A stretch of DNA of 33,352 nucleotides. Origin: an uncultured Clostridia bacterium (GTDB lineage Bacteria > Bacillota > Clostridia > Lachnospirales > Lachnospiraceae). Location of the stretch: contig CANDMY010000006.1 of assembly GCA_947385945.1 (NCBI GenBank), positions 64,001 through 97,352 of the forward strand. Reading direction: 5' to 3'. The notes beneath the pieces were generated by a model that was not told the DNA's origin, searched no databases, and saw nothing but the letters and a program-made list of their open reading frames with translations. This document shows, piece by piece, positions 27,536 to 33,352 of the stretch (within the stretch, counting starts at the first letter, position 1; each line of letters starts with the position of its first letter). The position numbers and the translations under genes were made by a program.

Positions 27536-27570
27536 GGGAAGTAATTTCAGATTAGGCGGTATAGCCCCAA

Positions 27571-28347
27571 TTACAAGAGCTGTACCGTCTTTTCGAGTTC
27601 CTCTGCACCCTGTCGCTTCGGTTGACTGGCAGAAAGGAAATTGATTTCACCTACAAAGTTGAAAACAATATCTACTTTCTGTACCCGTTTCCCGTCCACC
27701 TTTTCCGGCGCATGGACTATGATTTTCTTGATAAATTCATTGACGATTGCGGGGGTGAGTTCCTTTATCCCCACATACTTGCGGATAATCGCGGCGAAGC
27801 TGTCAAAATCGCTCTTATTCTGTTCGTAGGTATCGACTTCCTGCTGGTCTGCCTTGACCTTTTCTTCCAGTTCCCGCTGTTCCGCTTCATACTCTGCGGA
27901 CAGCTTCAAAAACCTGTCGTGACTGATTGCCCCGCTTATGTCGTCCTCATAAATCCGCTTGAAGATACGGTCAAGTTCCGCTATCCGCTTCCTCGCCTGT
28001 CCGACCTCACGCTTCCTGCGTTTCATTTCCTTTTCCGTTTCAGCGGAGCGTTGCTGATACATCATTTCATGGAAAGCCATGATGTCATCAAAGAAAAGGG
28101 CGGTCACATCAAATATCCTGCTCCATACGATTTGCTTCAACACTTCTTCGCGGATAAAGTGAGCCGTACAGCTTCCTGTATTGCTCTTGTACTTTGCACA
28201 GCGGTAATGGTCTTGTGAGCCGTTAAAACTTTTACAGGTAACAAAGTGTAATTTACTCCCACAGTCTGCACAGTATACCAAGCCGGAGAACAGGGCTTGC
28301 CGTTCTGCTTTTGTGGGGCGGCGTTTGTTCGCCCTAAGTTCCTGCAC
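27571..28347 (-). pseudogene. 3' fragment of a large serine recombinase gene (zinc-ribbon/coiled-coil/C-terminal DUF4368-like region only; catalytic N-terminus missing)
   Basis: ...LFSGLVYCADCGSKLHFVTCKSFNGSQDHYRCAKYKSNTGSCTAHFIREEVL... (CxxC ... C...C zinc ribbon), then a coiled coil and the ...IVHAPEKVDGKRVQKVDIVFNFVG tail typical of Tn-borne large serine recombinases (TndX/TnpX-like). No resolvase domain lies upstream; that space holds an unrelated gene fragment in another frame. Confidence 0.6.
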
Positions 28348-28553
28348 ACGTTCAAATATTTAAGATAAATCAAATCCACAACTCTATCCGCAATCAATAT
28401 CAAAGAACCCTCAACAACATCCTGATACTGAAGGTCTGATCCAACTCCAAATCTTCCTATTTTTATATAGCATCTCGTAAATAACCGCTGTGGATTTCTG
28501 TAAAACAATAACACTGCAGCTCTTTTTAATTTCCCATCCACTATAAGCCCCAA
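28137..28553 (-). pseudogene. Fragment of an AlbA_2 (Schlafen-like divergent AAA) domain gene
   Basis: ...GLIVDGKLKRAAVLLFYRNPQRLFTRCYIKIGRFGVGSDLQYQDVVEGSL... parallels the AlbA_2 segment at the N-terminus of the 29099-30016 product (VLMFAENPEKLIPGAYIELIRFHSEE). It overlaps the recombinase fragment out of frame, and its 3' part is not homologous. Confidence 0.45.
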
Positions 28554-28723
28554 CTTCTCAAGTAACTCCTCTTCCCGAAGGTTTTATCAGCAACTTTCAA
28601 ATACTGATATTTCCTACATTTCGGGTACATCTATTTCGCCAAATATTACTCTTAATGTGCTTCCTTCTTTAGAATCCATTAAGGAATTACAGACCGAATA
28701 CACCAACATGCTGGCAGCTATTA

Positions 28724-29020
28724 TTGACCTGCTGGATGGTGCAAAATATCTATGGGAAGGAGACCATCATAAATAACAATCTTACTTTTCAGTTTGGTAT
28801 ATACGAACCTACAACCGATTCCATCATTGTGAACACTGGTGAAAATTCCATTCTTGTTATCCGTTGTAAAGAATGTAATTCCTCTGTTATCTTCGATGAT
28901 CCCAGTGATGCAGTCTATCTGTGCCATTTAGCAGAAGAAACACCGCTTTTATACGCGAAGCTTGCATTGAAAACAAATGACTTGCAGGATTATGTAGATA
29001 TCATGAATGAATTTAATTAA
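28724..29020 (+). CDS. Hypothetical small protein (TTG start in the track; alternative ATG at MVQNIYGKE)
   Basis: Open frame with no convincing SD. Contains CxxC (IRCKECNSSV) and a later Cys/His. Lies in mobile-element debris. Confidence 0.25.
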   Translation: MTCWMVQNIYGKETIINNNLTFQFGIYEPTTDSIIVNTGENSILVIRCKECNSSVIFDDPSDAVYLCHLAEETPLLYAKLALKTNDLQDYVDIMNEFN

Positions 29021-29098
29021 CAGCCTGTTTCCTATCTCCATCATTGTTCTTATGATGGAGATAGGCTTCTTAATCCATTCTTATGACATTCATTTGCA

Positions 29099-30016
29099 TT
29101 ATTCCCTAAAATATACCTTATTTTTTGTTTTTCCAGCACCTTTAAGAATATTCAGCTTTTCAGCCTTCAACAACAAACGACTTGCGGTCTTTATTTCAAC
29201 TTCCAGCAATTTTGCCGCAACAGCACTATTTATTTCTTTATTTGTTTCCAGATAAATCAAAATAATCTGCATTCTTGCTCTTTCCAATTCGGACATTGAT
29301 TCGGACATTGATTCGGACATTTTCTCTTTTCTTTCAAAACCGTCTCTTATGCGAATAATCACATTCAAATAAGTTCTTTCCTCATCCATATCAAACTCAG
29401 GCTCTGGTGAACCATTTTGTTTCAGTTCTCTTAATATTTTAGGAATACCTGTTCCCTTTTTTTCAGATAAGTCAATCTCCTTAAATAATTCTCCAATTCT
29501 TCTGTTACGATATTTCCTTCCTTTTACTTTACCGGATACAAAACGTTCAAGATTAATCCATTTCGCAAGTCCGGGATAATTGAGTATCTGAATGCTATCC
29601 ACATATATACGGATTTCCACTGGCTCCGGCTCGCGATACGACTTGTGAAATACTGCATTTACCAATGTTTCTTCCAATGCATTATATGGATAGTTAAAAT
29701 ATCGTTCTGCTTCTGCCTGACCCTGAACCTTTACAACTTTTTGCTCAATCACAGTTGTCTTTATATAATTCAAAGCATCCTGAACTTGTCTCCATATTGG
29801 TCCTGTAAATATTTTTTCCGTAAAATCATCTGATGCCTCGGCTTCTTCGGAATGAAATCTAATCAGCTCAATATATGCACCCGGAATCAGCTTCTCTGGA
29901 TTTTCCGCAAACATCAATACACCGATATTTCTGATATCTAATTCCGTATCTGTCTCATTTGCAACTTCCTGTGCAAGCAGCAGTTCCTCTAATGAACTGC
30001 TATTCAGTTCCATCAC
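29099..30016 (-). pseudogene. 5'-truncated gene for an AlbA_2 + HATPase_c_4 ('RecG-like C-terminal' ATP-binding putative regulator) protein
   Basis: FNYPYNALEETLVNAVFHKSYREPEPVEIRIYVDSIQILNYPGL...KKGTGIPKIL is the HATPase_c_4 core. The ORF begins in the middle of the AlbA_2 domain, so ~100+ residues are missing. It contains an in-frame 12-nt tandem (tcggacattgat x ~2.5) encoding MSESMSESMSE at 29286-29320. Confidence 0.55.
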
Positions 30017-30252
30017 CAGACTACTGTTGCTCTTCCTAATAAAATCTACAAGCCAATGCCCAATCCTGAAGTTCTTTCACATCCCTCAGGGTTATTCCAT
30101 ATACAGATTCTACCTTCGATATTGACATCAGTATCTTTGGTGCTACTTCTATATATTCCAGCTCCATTTTATTTTTATATAATGCCGAATTGAAAACAGA
30201 CAAATTCATTAGATTACCGCAATCCTTAATACCCTATTTTTCAAGAGAGATA

Positions 30253-30283
30253 AAATGTACAAAAACCTGTAAACAATCATGTC
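30253..30283 (-). terminator. Hairpin terminator (aacctgtagaca / tgtttacaggtt + T-run) immediately 3' of the tRNA-Asn fragment
   Basis: On the minus strand: AACCTGTAGACAtgattgTTTACAGGTTtttgtacatttt, ~25 nt after the tRNA 3' end. Confidence 0.5.
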
Positions 30284-30310
30284 TACAGGTTTTGTTAAAT
30301 TGCTTCTTAC

Positions 30311-30368
30311 CTCCCCGAGTAGGGCTCGAACCTACAACCCCACGGTTAACAGCCGTGTGCTCTACCAT
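30311..30368 (-). tRNA. 3' portion (~58 nt: D-loop remnant, anticodon arm with GTT, variable loop, T-arm, 3' acceptor strand) of a tRNA-Asn(GTT) gene; no 5' acceptor or D stem, so not a functional tRNA
   Basis: Minus strand reads ...tcaatggtagagcaCACGGCTGTTAACCGTGgggttGTAGGTTCGAGCCCTACTCGGGGAg. It has an anticodon stem CACGG/CCGTG with loop CTGTTAA, a T-arm GTAGG-TTCGAGC-CCTAC and a 3' acceptor strand. The expected 5' partner TCCCCGAGT...GCTC is absent; an unrelated hairpin (tacggtatgtaaccgta) lies there instead. Confidence 0.7.
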
Positions 30369-30629
30369 TGATACGGTTACATACCGTAAATCTCTTTGAT
30401 AGAGTGTCATGCTCCAAATTACAATCGAGGGTATCTTATCATTTCTCGTGGCTACTAGCGAACTGATAACCTAACGAAGATTATGTTATCATATCTTTTT
30501 TCATTTGGCAAGAGGTAAATTATCGTTTTTTAAACTTTTTTTATATCATTTCCTCTTATACGACTATACGTATAAGTTAAATACCGGCTTATGTCTTAAT
30601 TGGTAAAGCCCTCGGTCAGCCACCCTTTA

Positions 30630-32244
30630 TCAGATGGCCTCCGTGACCAAAACGCTGCCGTCGCCCCATTCGGAGCAGAACTGCTGGTATGACATGTTGA
30701 GCTCAACAGAGATTTTGTAATCCCTCCCAATCTCGATACGCTTGAACAAGTGGCAGGCGATCATTTTCTTCTGCTCCAGGGTGGTCGTGTCGAATTCCTC
30801 CGCCCAGGACTTGAACTGGTTGTAGGTCGGGGTGATCAAATCAATCCCCTGTTTCTTCCTGGCTTCTTCCTCCCGGAGCTCCGTGAGCTTTGTCTCCGCC
30901 TCGGTGATCCGTGACTTGATGGTCTGGATTGCCTGGGACAGATCCTCCGGGGAATAAATGCTGTCGCCTGTCAGCGTCTTTGCGATTTCAAGCTGCAGCT
31001 TCGTGAGCTGTTCCTTATTCTTGGTGAGCTCCAAGTCCAGCTTCTTCTGCGTGACCCTGTTCCCGGCCATCTGCCGCTTGAACATTGCCTGCAGCTTTTC
31101 TTCCTCCGGCACCCCGTCCATGCAGCTAAATATCTTTCGGATAATCTGCCGGATGGTCTCGTCCATTCTGTCCGCCTGATAGGTTGTCTGCCCGTCACAC
31201 TTGCAGAGCTTGCGGCTCTTGTGATAACAGGAATACTTAATCTGATCCACGGAATACTCCGTGCCGTCAGCCCTTGTATAGCTGTCACGGTACCGGATGG
31301 TCGTCAGCCTCCCGCCACAGTGGGCACAGAACACATTCCCGGAAAGCATCGCCTGCCCTTTGGTCTGCAAAGCGATATGGCGCTTTTCCTCATTTTTATT
31401 CTGCCTCTGCTCCAGGATGTAAAGAATCTGGTCGTATGTATCATCACTGCGAAGCCGCAGCACCTCCAACTGGGGAGAAGTCGAACCGTCCTCCAGCCTC
31501 CCGCAATAGAAGGAATCCCGAAGGATACGGATCACTTTAATTCTTGTGAACTTTCCCCCGCCGCTGGGCTTATATCCCTTTTTATTAAGGAAGTCCGCCA
31601 TCCTGTAAGAGCCGTACCCCTTATGGATCGTCATATCGTCGATCATGTGGAGCACTTCGCTGTCCGCCGGGTCGATCTCATACTTCTTAATCTTTGCACC
31701 TTTCCGGTTCACAAGGTCGCTGTCCACCAGACGGTACCCGAACTTGACCGGGTCGCCGGTATATAACCCGTCAAGGGTCATCTGCTGCATCTTGCTCTTG
31801 ATCCGGATGGAGGTCTTTTCACTCTCGCCGGATGCCTGCCAGAACCGGAGATAATTCATCAGCTTGTCCACATGGTTGTTGAAGCACTGCTGCCCCCTCC
31901 TGGGTGCTCCATACCTCAACGCCGTGCTTGGCGAACCACTCCACCACAAAAGGCGTCTCGTCGTCAATCCTCTCGATCCTGTCGAACATGAATACCAGGA
32001 GGATGTCAAACTCGTCGTTCAGGGCAGCTTCTTTCAGTTCCTGGATGGCGTCCCTGTCATCCGCCGATACCTTATAGCCGGAAATCCCTTTTTCGGAAAA
32101 CTCCTTCAGGATCGTCCAGTCCTGTTGGCTGCTGGCAAAATCCCGGCACGCTGTTTTCTGCATAGGGATGTCATTTTCATTCTTATCGTTCTTGTCTACC
32201 TGCTTTTTGGTGGATACTCTATAAAGACAATAAACCCGTTTCAT
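30630..32244 (-). pseudogene. Large serine recombinase (integrase/transposase type), disrupted by a frameshift near 31880-31930
   Basis: The N-terminal resolvase domain ORF (MKRVYCLYRVSTKKQ...GISGYKVSADDRDAIQEL...FDILLVFMFDRIERI...; strong GGAGGT SD; ends 31819) overlaps a second-frame ORF carrying the rest (...FNNHVDKLMNYLRFWQASGESEKTSIRIKSKMQQMTLDGLYTGDPVKFGYRLV..., a CxxC...C...C zinc ribbon at CAHCGGRL...CYHKSRKLCKC, and a coiled coil). A G5/C5 run sits at ~31889-31896 in the overlap. Confidence 0.7.
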
Positions 32245-32342
32245 TACGCTACCTCCGTACATAATCTTGTACGGGATTGTGCTACAATTCCGATATTCGC
32301 TTGTCAATGTGCAGCCGGGGCAATACCTCTCCCGGTACTTCT

Positions 32343-32371
32343 ATTATACCGTGGAATGCCCTTAACGGCAA
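32343..32371 (-). promoter_or_regulatory. Putative sigma-A promoter for the large serine recombinase (-35 TTGCCG, 17-nt spacer, -10 TATAAT)
   Basis: On the minus strand: gTTGCCGttaagggcattccacggTATAATagaag, ~100 nt upstream of the recombinase ATG at 32244. Confidence 0.4.
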
Positions 32372-32408
32372 CGCATCTTTTCAGAAAAAGCACCGCAATC
32401 CTCTCATT

Positions 32409-32591
32409 TCATAGTGCCTGGTCGCATGGGATGAACTCTTTCTGGAAGTGTTCCTCATATGCCTCCGTAAGTATGTCCCTGACCTTATTTTTTACATCCA
32501 TGCCCTCGCTCCCGCTGAACATAATCGTGACCGCCGAGCTGTTGATATGCAACCGCATGACAGGATTCCTGTCTGTCCTCATATTCTCCAA
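32409..32591 (-). CDS. Small acidic protein (60 aa) with a very strong RBS, directly upstream of the recombinase promoter; function unknown
   Basis: GGAAGGAGG 8 nt upstream of the ATG. Sequence MENMRTDRNPVMRLHINSSAVTIMFSGSEGMDVKNKVRDILTEAYEEHFQKEFIPCDQAL. No family recognised. Confidence 0.5.
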   Translation of the reverse strand: MENMRTDRNPVMRLHINSSAVTIMFSGSEGMDVKNKVRDILTEAYEEHFQKEFIPCDQAL

Positions 32592-33039
32592 AGAAAAACC
32601 TCCTTCCCGTTCCCAATCTCTTTATCAAGGTCACATGAATAAGTCGGGCCTGCACTCTTACAGTCACAGACCCGGCCCATTGTATCTGATCTCGATTCTG
32701 TCCGCCGTATTTGCCACGCACCCCGGCAGGTCCCATACACATTTATATAGGAAGGGATTGCTACGGGCTGCGGATGGCTCCACCGCATCATAGCCCCGCC
32801 TGTGCCGCCGCTTTGCCAGAGCCAGCGTACACCGCAGGAACTCCCCTTCCAGTCTGTGAGGGGTCGTGAGAAAGTACCATTATGATCTGCACCGTTGTCG
32901 CGCCCGACCTGCCACAGCCGGATTGGTGGGAGCGTGGACCGCTCGGACAGCCTTTATGCATCACCTCCCCAGGCTGTCTGTCTTTACGCCGCCCCATCCT
33001 CCGCTCGGAACACAGAATGAAGTACCCATAGCAATGTGT

Positions 33040-33352
33040 ATGAATGGATAGGTTACAATAAACTGGACAGATTTTTTAAGGTCATATAGTATAAAACCAA
33101 TAAGCAAAGGAGCAATCAGTATGACCGAAACAAAACAGAAAAGAAAACCACGTAAGTACACAGATGAATTTAAGCAACAGTTAGTAGATTTATACCGTTC
33201 TGGCAAACGCAGATGTGATATCTGCAGGGAATACGATATTTCCCATTCCTTGTTTGACAAATGGGTAAAACAAGCCGAAAACTCCGATTCATTCCACGAA
33301 AAGGACAACCGAACCCCAGAGCAGGAAGAACTGCTGAAACTCCGTAAGGAAA
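33040..33352 (+). mobile_element. Left end of an IS3-family insertion sequence (terminal repeat probably begins near TGAATGGATAGG at ~33041); element continues off the window
   Basis: IS3 OrfA starts ~80 nt inside, and IS3-family elements usually begin with TG. The boundary cannot be fixed without the right end. Confidence 0.35.
33120..33352 (+). CDS. IS3-family transposase OrfA (HTH), 5' part; continues beyond the right edge
   Basis: MTETKQKRKPRKYTDEFKQQLVDLYRSGKRRCDICREYDISHSLFDKWVKQAE... is the characteristic IS3/IS911-type OrfA N-terminus. AAAGGAG SD. No stop in the window, so it is absent from the ORF track. Confidence 0.7.

Noticed and set aside
30190-30399. 69-aa plus-strand ORF.
   Set aside because: It overlaps the tRNA-Asn fragment and its terminator on the opposite strand, and its translation (…PPRVGLEPTTPRLTAV…) is just the reverse complement of tRNA sequence.
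31864-32793. 309-aa plus-strand ORF, plus several other 60-180-aa ORFs on the plus strand between 30958 and 32642.
   Set aside because: They are antisense to the large serine recombinase gene in GC-rich DNA, where long spurious ORFs are expected, and have no RBS or recognisable domains.
32485-33308. ORFs 32485-32742(-), 32579-32791(-), 32788-32997(-), 32866-33051(+) and 32961-33308(-) in the GC-rich stretch before the IS3 element.
   Set aside because: They overlap each other in different frames, have no RBS and show Arg/Gly/Pro-rich composition typical of random GC-rich ORFs. The last is antisense to the IS3 OrfA.

Overview
This 33.4 kb window comes from a low-GC, spore-forming Firmicute; the SpoVFA/SpoVFB-type dipicolinate synthase pair dpaA/dpaB points to Clostridia. 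The backbone is ordinary housekeeping. It holds a partial aminotransferase, a lipoprotein ABC substrate-binding protein, a type IIA topoisomerase B/A pair (most likely parE-parC) and an HD-GYP phosphodiesterase. It also holds prmC-prfA with an upstream DUF1385 gene, rpmE, and rho with an N/Y-rich prion-like insertion. Further right are a marR-MATE operon with an apparent MATE frameshift, malic enzyme, a TIGR01212-type radical SAM gene, dpaAB and an AraC/cupin regulator. Three things stand out against that backbone. (1) Two unrelated intergenic repeat families are present. One is a ~235-nt long imperfect palindrome in three copies. Its ~185-nt conserved core sits inside a different, nearly perfect ~25-bp outer stem at each locus, and the core shows internal compensatory substitutions between copies. 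The other is a modular BOX/REP-like element in five copies. (2) An AT-rich islet at ~7.2-12.9 kb carries a transglutaminase-like protein and two paralogous retropepsin-like (DTGA) aspartic proteases. One protease is translationally coupled to an 87-aa protein ending in LGVLGGF. The islet also holds a serine recombinase with a deviant active-site motif, coupled to a 44-aa ORF. (3) The right end (27.5-33.4 kb) is mobile-element debris. It includes a C-terminal large-serine-recombinase fragment, AlbA_2/HATPase_c_4 gene fragments and a 3' fragment of tRNA-Asn(GTT) with its terminator. It then switches abruptly to GC-rich DNA carrying a frameshifted large serine recombinase, a small strong-RBS gene and a partial IS3-family transposase. 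No CRISPR array, rRNA or intact tRNA was found.
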